A DNA stretch of 64,000 nt from Pseudomonadota bacterium (GCA_039189655.1 JBCCYN010000002.1:8572-72571), one strand, 5' to 3'. Positions 19,324-30,126 are shown, counted from the first letter of the stretch. Notes: generated from the sequence alone by a model not told the origin. Made by a program: numbers and translations.

Positions 19324-20214
19324 GTGGCTCGAAACATGGATCTGGCCGCGCTGCGTAGCTTCGTCGCAATCGCGCAGACCGGCGGTGTCACCAAGGCGGC
19401 GACTAGGTTGAACCTCACTCAGTCGGCGGTCTCGATGCAGTTAAAGAGGCTTGAGACGTCGCTGGGGCAGCCGCTGTTTGATCGCGAGAGAAAGGCCATG
19501 CTTCCCACCGCGCAAGGCGAGCAGCTGTTGAGCTACGCCACCCGGATGCTCGAACTCAACGATGAGCTGCTCGCCCGTATGACGGGCGAATCCTATGAGG
19601 GCGAATTGGTCCTCGGTGCGCCCCACGATGTGGTCTACCCCCACATCCCCACCGTACTTCGGCGGTTTGCGCGGGAGTTCCCGCGGGTGCGAATTTCCCT
19701 CCTGTCCTCCTACACCGCTGACCTCAAAGAACAGTTCGAGCGCGGCAATGCCGACGTGATCATCACGACGGAGGCGGAGGCCAAGCCCGGCGCCGAGATC
19801 TTGCAGGAGAGCCCGCTGGTTTGGATTGGTGCACCGGGCGGCAATGCCTGGCGTCAGCGGCCGCTACCTCTCGCTTTCGAAACGGCCTGCATTTTTCGCT
19901 CCTGGGTTCAGTCGCGCCTGGATGCGGCAGGAATACCTTGGACGATGGCGGTGGATTCGGTCTCCATAAGGACCGTGGATGCTTGCATTTCCGCCGATTT
20001 TGCCATTCACGCGGCCGTCAACCTGACTGTTCAGCGCCGCTATGAGATCATCGATCACCAGGGGGCTCTGCCCGAACTTCCCACCATAAAAGTCGCACAG
20101 TATGTGTGCGAAGGGCCAAAGGAAGCGTTGGCGCGCAAGCTCGCCACCGTGGTGCGCGAGACTTGGAACGGTGAAACAGATGGGGCGCAACCCAGCCTTT
20201 TGGCGGCGGAGTAA
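19324..20214 (+). CDS. LysR-family transcriptional regulator
   Basis: MDLAALRSFVAIAQTGGVTKAATRLNLTQSAVSMQLKRLE. Confidence 0.95.
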   Translation: MARNMDLAALRSFVAIAQTGGVTKAATRLNLTQSAVSMQLKRLETSLGQPLFDRERKAMLPTAQGEQLLSYATRMLELNDELLARMTGESYEGELVLGAPHDVVYPHIPTVLRRFAREFPRVRISLLSSYTADLKEQFERGNADVIITTEAEAKPGAEILQESPLVWIGAPGGNAWRQRPLPLAFETACIFRSWVQSRLDAAGIPWTMAVDSVSIRTVDACISADFAIHAAVNLTVQRRYEIIDHQGALPELPTIKVAQYVCEGPKEALARKLATVVRETWNGETDGAQPSLLAAE

Positions 20215-20385
20215 GCGTTCACCGGCTCTTCAACTCTGTTCGGGCATCTTCCGCTTAGCGCGGCGTCAGGCCGGGCTTTGGCCGCCGCCGGCGCGAAGTG
20301 CCCCTCCATCGTCGCACAGGGCTTGACCCAACCGCGCTTGAACTGAAATTGGATTGGCGAACTCTCGCCGGACACGGGACAAAGA

Positions 20386-20886
20386 ATGCGTACGCTCCTT
20401 GCACTCCTTTTGATCGTTCTACCCTTTTCCGCCACCGCGCAGGATCAACCCACGCTGCTCCAGACCTATACCGACTGGGAAGCGTATCGGTACGACGCTA
20501 GCGGCCAGAAGACCTGTTACATTCTGTCCAAACCGAAGACGCTGGCGCCCACCAACCGCAACCACGGGGACGTGTTCTTCTTCCTCACCTCGCGCCCGGC
20601 CGAGAGCGTCGCGAATGAGGTGAGCGTTCTTGTGGGCTATCCGTTCGCGCCAGACAGCACCGTCACCGTGGACGTGGACGGCACGGTCTTCGAACTCTTC
20701 ACCAAGGACGACGGCGCATGGATGGAAACGCCGGCCGATGAGGCGCAGCTGGTGGCGGCCATGAAAGCCGGTAGCCGGATGACCGTGAAGGGCAAGTCTG
20801 CCCGCGGTACCGACACCACCTACTCGTTCTCGCTGTCGGGCGTCACGGCGGGTGCCAATCGTATCGCCAGCGAGTGTTCTGGGTAG
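20386..20886 (+). CDS. invasion-associated locus B (IalB)-family exported protein
   Basis: Signal peptide, Y.DWEAY......K.CY, MKAGSRMTVKG.SARGT.TTY.FSLSG.TA; upstream of rlmN as in many alphaproteobacteria. Confidence 0.82.
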   Translation: MRTLLALLLIVLPFSATAQDQPTLLQTYTDWEAYRYDASGQKTCYILSKPKTLAPTNRNHGDVFFFLTSRPAESVANEVSVLVGYPFAPDSTVTVDVDGTVFELFTKDDGAWMETPADEAQLVAAMKAGSRMTVKGKSARGTDTTYSFSLSGVTAGANRIASECSG

Positions 20887-20891
20887 TTTGA

Positions 20892-22151
20892 GTGGCCAAC
20901 GCCGCTCTCCTGCGTCGGCGCTCGGCGCCCTCAGCGGCACCAACGAAGGACCGCGAACCGCCGCCCGTGGTCGCGCCTTCGGTAGTCTTGCAGGAATCGC
21001 GCGAAGGCCCCGCCCAGTTCATCGGTGCGTCCAGAGACGAACTGAAAGCGCACCTGCGAGCCGTTGGTGTCCCCGAGAACCGTCTCAACATGCGGGTGGG
21101 CCAGCTGTGGCATTGGCTCTACGTACGCGGCGCCTCGTCCCTTGATGGGATGACCAACATAGCGGCGCCCGTGCGGGACGCGCTCGCGCAGCAAGCTCCC
21201 CTCGGTTCTGCGGAAATGGCGCAGGAACAAATCTCCGAAGATGGCACTCGCAAATGGCTGCTACGCTTTCCGGCCCGCGGGCCGGGACGACCGGTGGAAG
21301 TGGAAACGGTCTATATTCCGGAGGAAAACCGCGGCACGCTGTGCGTTTCGAGCCAGGTGGGCTGCACCCTCACATGCTCGTTCTGTCACACCGGTACGCA
21401 GCGTCTGGTGCGTAACCTCACGGCCGGCGAGATCGTCGAGCAGGTGGTTTTTGCCCGCCGTCGGCTGGGCGATTTTGGCCCCGGCGAGTCTGCCTCCGCC
21501 GGCAGCGGCGTTCCGGCCGTAGGCCGACGGATATCGAACATTGTTCTCATGGGCATGGGCGAGCCGCTCTACAATTTTGACAACGTGAAGGCTGCGATGG
21601 CCGTTTGCTCGGACGGTGAGGGCCTCTCCCTTTCCAAGCGGCGCATCACCTTGTCCACATCTGGCGTGGTCCCGCTGATGGAGCGCGTGGGCGAGGAGAT
21701 GGGCGTCATGCTCGCCCTTTCGCTTCACGCGGTGCGCGACGAGGTTCGCAACGCTCTCGTACCCATCAACAAAAAATACCCCATCGCCGAGTTGATGGAC
21801 GCCTGCCGACGGTTTCCCGGCCTTTCCAACGCGCGCCGCATCACCTTCGAGTACGTGATGCTCAAAGGGGTCAACGATAGCCTTGCGGACGCCCGAGCCC
21901 TGGTGGAGCTCATCCGGGGTATTCCGGCAAAGATTAACCTTATCCCGTTCAACGCCTGGCCGGGCTCGCCCTACGAGTGCTCTTCTTGGGAGGCCATCGA
22001 GGCGTTCGCAGACGTGGTGAATCGCGCCGGCTACGCCTCTCCGGTGCGCACACCCCGCGGGCAGGATATCCTTGCCGCCTGCGGGCAACTTCGCTCCGAT
22101 TCCCAAAAACTCACCGCTCGGGAGCGGCGCGCTCAAACAGCCCCGCAGTGA
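20892..22151 (+). CDS. rlmN: dual-specificity RNA methyltransferase RlmN (radical SAM)
   Basis: [45 protein letters not shown]. Confidence 0.96.
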   Translation: MANAALLRRRSAPSAAPTKDREPPPVVAPSVVLQESREGPAQFIGASRDELKAHLRAVGVPENRLNMRVGQLWHWLYVRGASSLDGMTNIAAPVRDALAQQAPLGSAEMAQEQISEDGTRKWLLRFPARGPGRPVEVETVYIPEENRGTLCVSSQVGCTLTCSFCHTGTQRLVRNLTAGEIVEQVVFARRRLGDFGPGESASAGSGVPAVGRRISNIVLMGMGEPLYNFDNVKAAMAVCSDGEGLSLSKRRITLSTSGVVPLMERVGEEMGVMLALSLHAVRDEVRNALVPINKKYPIAELMDACRRFPGLSNARRITFEYVMLKGVNDSLADARALVELIRGIPAKINLIPFNAWPGSPYECSSWEAIEAFADVVNRAGYASPVRTPRGQDILAACGQLRSDSQKLTARERRAQTAPQ

Positions 22152-22618
22152 GAACATTTTGGGCCCTCGTCGCCCAAACATTCTTGAGCCTCTTTGGCTA
22201 CTGCGCCGCGCTTGTCGCCGCCTCGATCTTTGCTTGGGCAGCTATCAAGAACGTCTTCATCGCGAACGCGGGTCCTGAGTTTACCGACCCCCTCCACACC
22301 TTTGCCTTCATCGCATCGACCGCATTGGGCGCTCTTCCGGCAAGTTTTGTTCCGGCCCTGATCGCCGTCGCCATCACCGAAGGCTTTATGTTGCGCGGTC
22401 TTTTCACCCACCTTTTTGGCGGCTGCCTCGTTGGGTTTGCCGCGTCCCTTCCCATCGCGGCCATCACCAGGGATTTGCCGCTCCCCGCGATCGAAGGCGA
22501 CATCATTCAGCTTTCCGCCGCGTCAGGAGCGGTGGGCGGGTTCGTGTATTGGCTGATCGCCGGTCGCCGGGCGGGCCGATGGCTGGAAAGAGCCTCGGCT
22601 GATGGCCGCCAAGCGTGA
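22148..22618 (+). CDS. hypothetical membrane protein (about 4 TM helices)
   Basis: GTG overlaps the rlmN stop (GTGA); four hydrophobic stretches; ends [13 protein letters not shown]. Confidence 0.65.
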   Translation: MRTFWALVAQTFLSLFGYCAALVAASIFAWAAIKNVFIANAGPEFTDPLHTFAFIASTALGALPASFVPALIAVAITEGFMLRGLFTHLFGGCLVGFAASLPIAAITRDLPLPAIEGDIIQLSAASGAVGGFVYWLIAGRRAGRWLERASADGRQA

Positions 22619-22647
22619 CACTTAGCCGAAAACTCAAGAAAAAGAGT

Positions 22648-22779
22648 GACCACCCCTCCCGCGGACAGCGTATTTTCCCGTGGGGGCGGTGATCGCCTCA
22701 ACCCACGCTTCGCTCTTCGGGGTTGACCCGATCACCGCCCCAACGGGTCTTGAGGGTTAGTCGGCTCCGGAGGAAAGTC
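22648..22779. ncRNA. candidate structured ncRNA (long rod-like hairpin) between convergent genes
   Basis: 19-bp arms 22677-22695 / 22729-22747 with one mismatch, inner TCAACCC/GGGTTGA stem, outer CCTCC/GGAGG and GAC/GTC pairing; family not recognised. Confidence 0.4.
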
Positions 22780-22819
22780 GGGATCTTCCGTTTCTCCAAA
22801 GGAAAGTTTGGGCTCGCAC

Positions 22820-23275
22820 CTACTCGTCGAGGGGGATTGCTGTGGTCTCCTTAAGGGTCTCCATGGACAACATCGAGGTGACGCTGAAGAGGTCAATCTC
22901 CGCCACTAACCCCTTGTAAAAGCTGTCGAAGGCGCGAGTGTCTTTCACGCGCACCTTGAGGAGATAGTCGATATCTCCAGCCAGCCGGTGAGCTTCCTGC
23001 ACTTCCCCCATGGTCGCAATGGCGGCAGCGAAGCGCTCCAGCCATTCCTTGGAGTGACTGGACGTCTTTATGGTCACGAAAAAAATTTCGGCCCGCCCGA
23101 CCTTTTCGCCGTCCAGAACGGCCACCTGGCGCGCAATGACACCTCTCTCGCGCAGCTTTCGGATGCGGCTCCAAACTGGGGATTTGGACGAATTCACCAG
23201 CTGGGCGATGGCGTCCACCGGTAGCGTCGCGTCTTCCTGCAAAATGCTCAAGATCCTGCGATCGAGGTCGTCCAT
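22820..23275 (-). CDS. Lrp/AsnC-family regulator (DecR-like)
   Basis: MDDLDRRILSILQEDAT HTH, V.EAHRLAG.IDYLLKV; divergent from cysG. Confidence 0.92.
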   Translation of the reverse strand: MDDLDRRILSILQEDATLPVDAIAQLVNSSKSPVWSRIRKLRERGVIARQVAVLDGEKVGRAEIFFVTIKTSSHSKEWLERFAAAIATMGEVQEAHRLAGDIDYLLKVRVKDTRAFDSFYKGLVAEIDLFSVTSMLSMETLKETTAIPLDE

Positions 23276-23417
23276 AGTCTAAAATCCTTCCAGAGAGCTC
23301 CATTTCAGGACATTATCCGCATATAAGCCCTCTAGAGGCGTCGATAGCTTTATTTTCTCCTGCCGATTGCCGAATTTGCAGCACAACGTCACCTTCCGTG
23401 TCTAACCGACGGAGGGT

Positions 23418-24800
23418 GTGGTGGACGCATTCCCGATCTTCTGGAGCGTGAAGGGACGCAATATCGTGGTTCTCGGCGGCGGTGCCGAAGCGGCCGCAAA
23501 ACTGCGCCTTGTGGAGAAGACCAGCGCCCGCGTTCATGTGATCGCTTCGCATTTCGAGCCCGTGATCGACATCGGTAACGTCAGCAGCCAGGTTGCTGAT
23601 CCGCTCACCGCAGAAATTCCGGAAAACACCGCGCTCGCCTACGCCGCCACGGGCGATCCTGCCCTTGATGCCCAATTGGCCGAACGCATGCGCGGGCTCG
23701 GCATCGCCGTCTGCGCCGCCGATCAGCCAGCGGTGAGCGATTTCATAACCCCCGCCTTTGTGGATCGCGATCCGGTGATTGTCGCCGTCGGAACGGAGGG
23801 AACAGCGCCGGTCCTCGCGCGGGAGATCAAGGCTAGGGTCGAAAAGATGCTCCCTGCCGGTCTTGGGAGCGTGGCGCGGGAGGCAGCGGCCCTGAGGGAG
23901 CGCGTGGCGGAAAGGTTTGCACCCGGCGGCGCCCGCCGTCGCTTTTGGCACGCGCTTTTCGCGCCGGCCCTCGACGGCGCATTGGGGCAGAAGAAGTTCT
24001 CCGAAAAGGCCGACCTGCTGATTGCGGCGAACGAGGAGGGCGAGAGCGGCTTCGTGTCGTTCGTCGGCGCGGGGGCCGGTGGCGCCGACCTCTTAACGGA
24101 GCGGGCCAGACAGCGGATCGACCGTGCCGACGTGGTGCTGGTGGATGCGCTGGTGGCCCCGGAAATTCTGGAGCTTGCGCGTCGCGAGGCCATCATCATC
24201 CCCGTGGGCAAGCGCGCCGGGCGTCACGCTATGGCGCAACGGGAAATCAATGCCGCGATCCTTGACCACGCAGCGCAGGGCCTTCGCGTGGTGCGCCTCA
24301 AAGGCGGCGATCCGTCGATTTTCGGTCGCCTCGCGGAGGAAATCGACGCCGTGCAGGCAGCCGGCTACGCTTCTGAAATCGTGCCCGGCGTCACCGCAGC
24401 GAGTGTCGCCGCAGCGAGCGCTCTCGCGCCCCTCACCGAGCGGGGATTGGCGCAGGAGCTGCGGATCGTCACCGCCCACGGTGCGGGCGGCGAAGATGAC
24501 GTGGAGGCCGTGGACTGGGCCTCAGCTGCTGCGGGCACCGCGCCGCTGGCCATCTATATGGGCCGGCGGGCGGCCCGAGGCGTGCAGCGGCGGCTCATCC
24601 TCCAGGGCCGGGCTCCCCAAAGCCCAGTCGTCCTCGTAGAGAGCGCCGGCCGAGACGATGAGGTTCGCCGCCACACGAACCTTGCAGGACTAGCGGACAC
24701 CATCACCGAACTGCCAGGCGAGGGCCCGCTCATGATCCTTGTGGGCATGCACTCGCGCGAAGCATCCGCCTTGGCAAGCCATCTCCGGGAGGTCGCCTGA
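23418..24800 (+). CDS. cysG: siroheme synthase CysG
   Basis: GGGAEAAAKLRL, DFITPA.VDRDPV, GTEGTAPVLAR, VVRLKGGDP.IFGR..EE. Confidence 0.9.
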   Translation: MVDAFPIFWSVKGRNIVVLGGGAEAAAKLRLVEKTSARVHVIASHFEPVIDIGNVSSQVADPLTAEIPENTALAYAATGDPALDAQLAERMRGLGIAVCAADQPAVSDFITPAFVDRDPVIVAVGTEGTAPVLAREIKARVEKMLPAGLGSVAREAAALRERVAERFAPGGARRRFWHALFAPALDGALGQKKFSEKADLLIAANEEGESGFVSFVGAGAGGADLLTERARQRIDRADVVLVDALVAPEILELARREAIIIPVGKRAGRHAMAQREINAAILDHAAQGLRVVRLKGGDPSIFGRLAEEIDAVQAAGYASEIVPGVTAASVAAASALAPLTERGLAQELRIVTAHGAGGEDDVEAVDWASAAAGTAPLAIYMGRRAARGVQRRLILQGRAPQSPVVLVESAGRDDEVRRHTNLAGLADTITELPGEGPLMILVGMHSREASALASHLREVA

Positions 24801-25099
24801 TGCCAAAGCTTAAACCCAAATCAACGGCAATCTTGACCGCGAACCATCTCTTGTCGGGCGCCATTGTCTACTGGACGGGGAGCGAGTGGACCGAGGATCC
24901 GGCCGATGCCCTGCGGGCAGGCGACCCGGAAGCGCACGCTAGTCTCGGGGCGTCCGGCGAGGCTGAGGAAGCGGCGGACGTGGTGGTCGGTGCCTACCTT
25001 GTTGCAGTGGACCCCATCTCCGGCGATCCGCTGGAGTTGCGGGAGCGGCAGCGCATCGCCGGCCCCTCTATCGCCCTTCCCGTCAACGTGAGCCTCTAG
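24800..25099 (+). CDS. DUF2849 protein
   Basis: ILTANHLLSGAIVYWT, VVGAYLV, LRERQRI.GPS; canonical position between cysG and cysI. Confidence 0.85.
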   Translation: MPKLKPKSTAILTANHLLSGAIVYWTGSEWTEDPADALRAGDPEAHASLGASGEAEEAADVVVGAYLVAVDPISGDPLELRERQRIAGPSIALPVNVSL

Positions 25100-25103
25100 T
25101 CCC

Positions 25104-26771
25104 ATGTACCAGTACGACGGATACGATCAGGCCTTTGTGCGCGCTCGGGCAGCAGAGTTCCGCGACCAGGTGGAGCGGCGCCTGAAGGGGCAGCTTAGCG
25201 AAGACGAGTTCAAGCCGCTCCGGTTGAAGAACGGCCTCTACCTGCAGCTCCACGCCTATATGCTGCGCATTGCCGTGCCCTACGGCGTCCTTTCCGCCGA
25301 CCAGATGCGCACCCTTGCGCACCTTGCCGAAAACTACGACCGCGGCTACGGCCACTTCACCACCCGCCAGAACATCCAATTCAACTGGACGAAACTGGAA
25401 GACGTGCCGGACATGATGGACATTCTGGCCGACGCGGGCATGCACGCCATCCAGACCTCGGGAAATTGCATCCGCAACGTCACCACCGATGCCTTTGCCG
25501 GGGTGGCCGGAGACGAGGAGGTGGACCCACGTCCCACCGCCGAGCTGCTGCGCCAGTGGTCCTCCCTTCATCCCGAATTCGCCTATCTGCCACGCAAGTT
25601 CAAGATCGCTGTGGTGGGGGCGGAGGACGACCGGGCGGCCATGAAATTCCACGATATCGGCTTGCGGGTGCGTCCCGGTGGGGAGCGGCCGAACTACGAC
25701 ATCTGGGTGGGTGGCGGCCAGGGGCGAACACCTCGGGTGGCACAGCTTTTCGCCGAGGATGTCCCGTTTGAAGAAATGCTTCCCACCCTCGATGCCATGA
25801 TGCGGGTCTATAACCTCGCCGGCCGGCGCGACAACAAGTACAAGGCGCGCATCAAAATTCTCGTCGCCGAAATGGGCCTAGAGGAATACCGGAGCGCCGT
25901 TTACGCCGACCGCGACACCCGCGATACGGCACAGTTTGCCATTGCCGGCGCGGAGTATGATCGCATCGCGGCCCACTTCGTCGACCACCACCCCGTGGGG
26001 CCGGCCCAAAACCTTCGTCTCGATGGGACGGGCGCCTTCGCGGCCTGGCTCGACCGGAACGTCACGGCCCACAAGTTGGATGGGTATGCGGTGGTGTCCA
26101 TCTCGCTGAAGGGCGAGGGTGAAATCCCGGGCGACGCCACGGCGAACCAGATGCGCGCCATCGCCGACCTTGCGGACCGCGCTTCATCCTCACAGATCCG
26201 CGTCACCCATCGGCAAAATCTAGTGCTGCCCTACGTCCCGCAGGCAAAGCTTCGCGAGGTGTTCGAACGGCTCAAAGACATAGGTCTTGCCACCGGTAAT
26301 GTGGGACTTGCCAGCGACATCATCAGTTGCCCCGGGCTCGACTACTGCGCCCTTGCCACTGCGCGGTCCATTCCCATCGCCCAAGCGCTTTCCACAGTGT
26401 TGCGGGCCCGGGAAGATCGCGCGGTCGCTGCCGGAAAAGATCCGTCCGGGCCCACGCTCAACATTTCTGGTTGCATCAACGCCTGCGGACATCACCACGC
26501 GGCCAACATCGGCATCTTGGGCCTCAACAAGGCCGAGAAGGAAAGTTACCAGATCACCCTCGGGGGGCGGGCTGATGCCGATGCGTCGGTGGGCGAAATT
26601 CTCGGGCCCGGCTTTACGGCCGAAGAGGTTCCTGGGGTAGTGGAGCGAATACTAGGTGCCTGGGAAGAGCTGCGGTACGACGGCGAACGGTTTGTCGATA
26701 CCTATGAACGCCTTGGCAAAGCGCCCTTTAAATCAGCGGTCTATGGAGAACCTCAACATGTGGCTGCTTAA
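25104..26771 (+). CDS. cysI: nitrite/sulfite reductase hemoprotein (CysI-like)
   Basis: MYQYD..D..FV..RAAEFRDQV, QTSGNCIRNVT, CPGLDYCALA, SGCINACGHHH. Confidence 0.93.
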   Translation: MYQYDGYDQAFVRARAAEFRDQVERRLKGQLSEDEFKPLRLKNGLYLQLHAYMLRIAVPYGVLSADQMRTLAHLAENYDRGYGHFTTRQNIQFNWTKLEDVPDMMDILADAGMHAIQTSGNCIRNVTTDAFAGVAGDEEVDPRPTAELLRQWSSLHPEFAYLPRKFKIAVVGAEDDRAAMKFHDIGLRVRPGGERPNYDIWVGGGQGRTPRVAQLFAEDVPFEEMLPTLDAMMRVYNLAGRRDNKYKARIKILVAEMGLEEYRSAVYADRDTRDTAQFAIAGAEYDRIAAHFVDHHPVGPAQNLRLDGTGAFAAWLDRNVTAHKLDGYAVVSISLKGEGEIPGDATANQMRAIADLADRASSSQIRVTHRQNLVLPYVPQAKLREVFERLKDIGLATGNVGLASDIISCPGLDYCALATARSIPIAQALSTVLRAREDRAVAAGKDPSGPTLNISGCINACGHHHAANIGILGLNKAEKESYQITLGGRADADASVGEILGPGFTAEEVPGVVERILGAWEELRYDGERFVDTYERLGKAPFKSAVYGEPQHVAA

Positions 26772-27168
26772 GTCGGACGGCACCCTTGAGAAGGATGCGG
26801 ACGTTTCTAACGCCCTGGAGCTTTTCGCCGACAGCGCGATCGTGGCGGTGCCAAGGCAACCCCGTATCATCGTCGAATTCAGCGCCACGGCCGATGGGCG
26901 CGGGTTTTCGGTGGCGCGGCAACTGCGGGCGCGCGGCTATACCGGCACCTTGATTGCCGGCGGCCCCCTCATTCCGGACCAGGCGCGGCACGCCTTCCAG
27001 TCGGGTTTTGACGCTGTGGCCATCGATGACGATCGAATCGGGCGCCACGGCGAAGCCGCCTGGCGCGAAACGGTGCAAAGGGCAACGCCGGAACTTTACC
27101 TCGCCGACACCACCAGCAAAGGCGCAGAAGCCGGCATCTGGGCACTGCGGCAGCGGGCGCTGCACTAA
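26758..27168 (+). CDS. DUF934 protein
   Basis: F...ADGRGFS.ARQLR.RGY.G.L.A.G..IPDQ......GFD; overlaps the cysI end. Confidence 0.82.
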   Translation: MWLLKSDGTLEKDADVSNALELFADSAIVAVPRQPRIIVEFSATADGRGFSVARQLRARGYTGTLIAGGPLIPDQARHAFQSGFDAVAIDDDRIGRHGEAAWRETVQRATPELYLADTTSKGAEAGIWALRQRALH

Positions 27169-27191
27169 GGTTTTGCGGGAGTGGGCCCCGC

Positions 27192-28178
27192 TTAGTGGAC
27201 TGGCTGCTGTGGCACCCGTAGCGGGTTAGGGCGGGGTCGCGGATCGCTCACCACAAAGCGCAGAAGCAGGGTTCTTTGGAGGAAGGAGCGGTTGTTGTCC
27301 GACACCATGGTCAGGACGATCTCCCCGCTTTCTCCTTCCACGGCAATGCCTTCCATGTTGTCGATCTCCGCCGAAAAATCTGCCTCCAGCAAGATGGGCC
27401 CATCGGCCGGGGGACCGCCGTTAAAAGCGTCGACCCCCAACCGGCGCACGCGCATGGCCACGTCAAGCCCGCCGCCATAACGTCGTTCCAGGATAAAAAC
27501 ATCGCCGCCGGGCATCGTGTCGGCGCCGGTAATGGCAAAACCGTCGCGGCGGCGCACCAGCACCCGGCGCCCTCCGAGTATGAAGGCTCGCGCCGTTTTC
27601 GCTTCACCGAGCCGCGCTTCGGCAATGCCCAGTATCTTCCCGTCAGAAAGCCGGGTCAGAGCTTCTATTCCTTCGCTTCCGGCCCGCATTTCTTCCCGGG
27701 AAAGCGGGATTTCGGTGGGTGTCGCGGAAAAATCCACCGCGAGGCCATCGGCCGGATAGGAAAGGAGCCGCGTCGCCTGTTCGACCAGGACCAACACTGC
27801 GTTGTCTTCGCGCGCTAAAGCCTCCGCATCCGATGGGCGTTTGGCCCGCACCGGGGCGCCGTCCGTGTCGAGCCGCTCGAAGAGTTGGACGTCGTTTAAG
27901 GCCTTGAGGCGACCCTGCTCCACCACCAGACGGCCGGTCACCCATTCGCCGGTATCTGAGACCGCCAAGAGCTTTGGGCCTTCCACCAGCAGCCCGGAAA
28001 GGGCCCCCAGCCGCCGTGGTCCCCGCAAAACCAGACCGCCCCGAAAGGCGAGCCGCGCGCCGGGAATGGGCCTTGGCGAAAAGTGCTCGATTTGGCGCTG
28101 CGGTACCTGGACAGCCGTGGCAAGGGCAGCACCCAGCGCGCCCAAAAGCGTCACGCAGACGACCAAAAGCGCACGCAT
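27192..28178 (-). CDS. esterase-like activity of phytase family protein
   Basis: GALSGL, AVSDTG, DAEAL, IDNMEGI, MVSDNNRSFLQRTLLL; commonly downstream of cobT. Confidence 0.8.
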   Translation of the reverse strand: MRALLVVCVTLLGALGAALATAVQVPQRQIEHFSPRPIPGARLAFRGGLVLRGPRRLGALSGLLVEGPKLLAVSDTGEWVTGRLVVEQGRLKALNDVQLFERLDTDGAPVRAKRPSDAEALAREDNAVLVLVEQATRLLSYPADGLAVDFSATPTEIPLSREEMRAGSEGIEALTRLSDGKILGIAEARLGEAKTARAFILGGRRVLVRRRDGFAITGADTMPGGDVFILERRYGGGLDVAMRVRRLGVDAFNGGPPADGPILLEADFSAEIDNMEGIAVEGESGEIVLTMVSDNNRSFLQRTLLLRFVVSDPRPRPNPLRVPQQPVH

Positions 28179-28186
28179 GGTGCCGA

Positions 28187-30091
28187 TCAGGCAGCGCGCC
28201 GCTGGGGCCGCCGCCGCTTCGTCCTAGAATTGCTCTGTTCGTCGTCAAAGAGGTCGGCGAGCTGGTTCACCATGGCGCCGGCAAGTTCGTCGGCATCGAC
28301 GATGGTCACCGCCCGGCGATAGTAGCGTGTCACGTCGTGGCCGATGCCAATGGCGATCAACTCCACCGGCGAGCGTTCCTCGATCTCGGCAATCACGCCG
28401 CGCAGGTGCTTTTCCAGATAGTTTCCGGCGTTCACCGAAAGGGTCGAATCGTCCACCGGCGCGCCATCGGAGATCATCATCAGAATGCGCCGCTGCTCGG
28501 GCCGCGCGATGAGGCGATCGTGCGCCCACTGGAGCGCTTCGCCGTCGATGTTCTCCTTCAAGAGACCCTCGCGCATCATGAGGCCAAGGTTGCGCCTTGC
28601 CCGGCGCCAAGGGGCGTCGGCGGACTTGTAAATAATGTGGCGCAGATCATTGAGCCGGCCGGGGGAGGCGGGCTTGCCGTTCTGGAGCCAGTGGTCGCGG
28701 GAGGCGCCGCCCTTCCAGGCGCGGGTGGTGAAGCCCAGAATCTCCACTTTGACGTGGCAGCGCTCCAGGGTGCGGGCGAGGATGTCGGCGCAGGTGGCGG
28801 CGACCGAGATGGGCCGCCCGCGCATGGAGCCGGAATTGTCCAGGAGGAGCGTCACCACCGTGTCGCGAAACTCCGATTCCCGCTCGATCTTGAAGGCGAG
28901 CGGCTGCATGGGATCGGTCACAACCCGCGGCAGCCGGGCGGTATCAAGAACGCCTTCCTCCTGGTCAAAATCCCATGAGCGATTTTGCTGCGCCATCAGG
29001 CGACGCTGGAGGCGGTTGGCAAGACGGGCTACCGCGCCCTGCAGATGGCTGAGCTGGCGGTCCAGGAGGCCCCGTAGCCGGTCGAGCTCTGTGGCGTCGC
29101 AAAGGTCTTCTGCGGCGACCATCTCGTCGAATTTGCGCGTGTATACCTTGTAGGCGACACCCGGAAGCGCCCGCGGGTCCACGTCTTCCACGCGCACGCC
29201 GTCCATGGCCTCCTCGGCGTCGCCCATGTCGTCTTCGCGCATGTCTTCGGCGCTGAATTCGGAGTCTTCCACGTCCTCAGCGTTCTCGTCATCGCCAGAT
29301 CGCTCAGAATCCTGGGGCGAAGCGTCTTCGCTTTCATCGTCTTCCCCAGCATCGGCCTCAGCCTCGTCCGGCGAATCCACTTCCCCGTCACCGTCTTGAT
29401 CCTGCTCGTCCTCGCCAGCCTCCTGGCTCATCTCTTCAGCCATATCGAGCTGGGCAAGGATGTCGCGAATGGCGCCGGCAAACGCCTTTTGGTCAGCCAT
29501 TTGATCGCCGAGGCACTCTAAATTGTCGCCGCAGCGCTCCTCCAGCCACGGCCGCCACAAATCGACCAAGGTCCTGGCGCTTTCCGGCGGCGCTGCCCCG
29601 GTGAGTTTTTCGCGAACGAGCAGCGACAACGCATCGTGGAGCGGTGCGTCGGCTTTGTCGGTAATCTCGTGATAGTTGCCTCGAAAGTAGCGATCTTCCA
29701 GCATCGCCGAAAGATTTTGCGCCACGCCGGGCATCGCCTGCGCGCCGAGCGCGTCGCATCGCGCTGTCTCTACGGCGTCAAAAATCGCTCTTGCATCACT
29801 CCCCTGGGGAGCGAAGCGTGAATGAAGGGCCGCGTCGTGCGAAGCGAGTTTGAGGGCAAACGAATCGCCGATCCCCCGAGTGACGCAGACATCCTTATGG
29901 GTCATGCGGCGAGGCGGCTCTGGAAGCCTTGCCTTTTCGCCCACCAGCGCCGGTTTGTCGCTGGAGTACGTGACCTCAAGGTCGGCATTGCCGGAGATGG
30001 CGCGCATAGTACCGGCCACCGCTGTGCGAAACGCATCGTGGCGCGCCTCATGGGCGCCTACCCGCCGAGAATTATCGCCCTGGCCTGCCAT
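28187..30091 (-). CDS. cobT: aerobic cobaltochelatase subunit CobT
   Basis: Acidic linker, [23 protein letters not shown], v[27 protein letters not shown]. Confidence 0.96.
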   Translation of the reverse strand: MAGQGDNSRRVGAHEARHDAFRTAVAGTMRAISGNADLEVTYSSDKPALVGEKARLPEPPRRMTHKDVCVTRGIGDSFALKLASHDAALHSRFAPQGSDARAIFDAVETARCDALGAQAMPGVAQNLSAMLEDRYFRGNYHEITDKADAPLHDALSLLVREKLTGAAPPESARTLVDLWRPWLEERCGDNLECLGDQMADQKAFAGAIRDILAQLDMAEEMSQEAGEDEQDQDGDGEVDSPDEAEADAGEDDESEDASPQDSERSGDDENAEDVEDSEFSAEDMREDDMGDAEEAMDGVRVEDVDPRALPGVAYKVYTRKFDEMVAAEDLCDATELDRLRGLLDRQLSHLQGAVARLANRLQRRLMAQQNRSWDFDQEEGVLDTARLPRVVTDPMQPLAFKIERESEFRDTVVTLLLDNSGSMRGRPISVAATCADILARTLERCHVKVEILGFTTRAWKGGASRDHWLQNGKPASPGRLNDLRHIIYKSADAPWRRARRNLGLMMREGLLKENIDGEALQWAHDRLIARPEQRRILMMISDGAPVDDSTLSVNAGNYLEKHLRGVIAEIEERSPVELIAIGIGHDVTRYYRRAVTIVDADELAGAMVNQLADLFDDEQSNSRTKRRRPQRRAA

Positions 30092-30126
30092 CAGCCTACT
30101 AGACCTCCGCGAACATGGCTGAAGAG

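Noticed and set aside
22768-22790. GAGGAAAGTC resembles the RNase P RNA motif GAGGAAAGTCC
   Set aside because: The following CGGGC and the rest of the RNase P core are absent, and the gap is too short
29205-29420. Low-complexity purine/pyrimidine-skewed stretch
   Set aside because: It is the acidic linker of CobT
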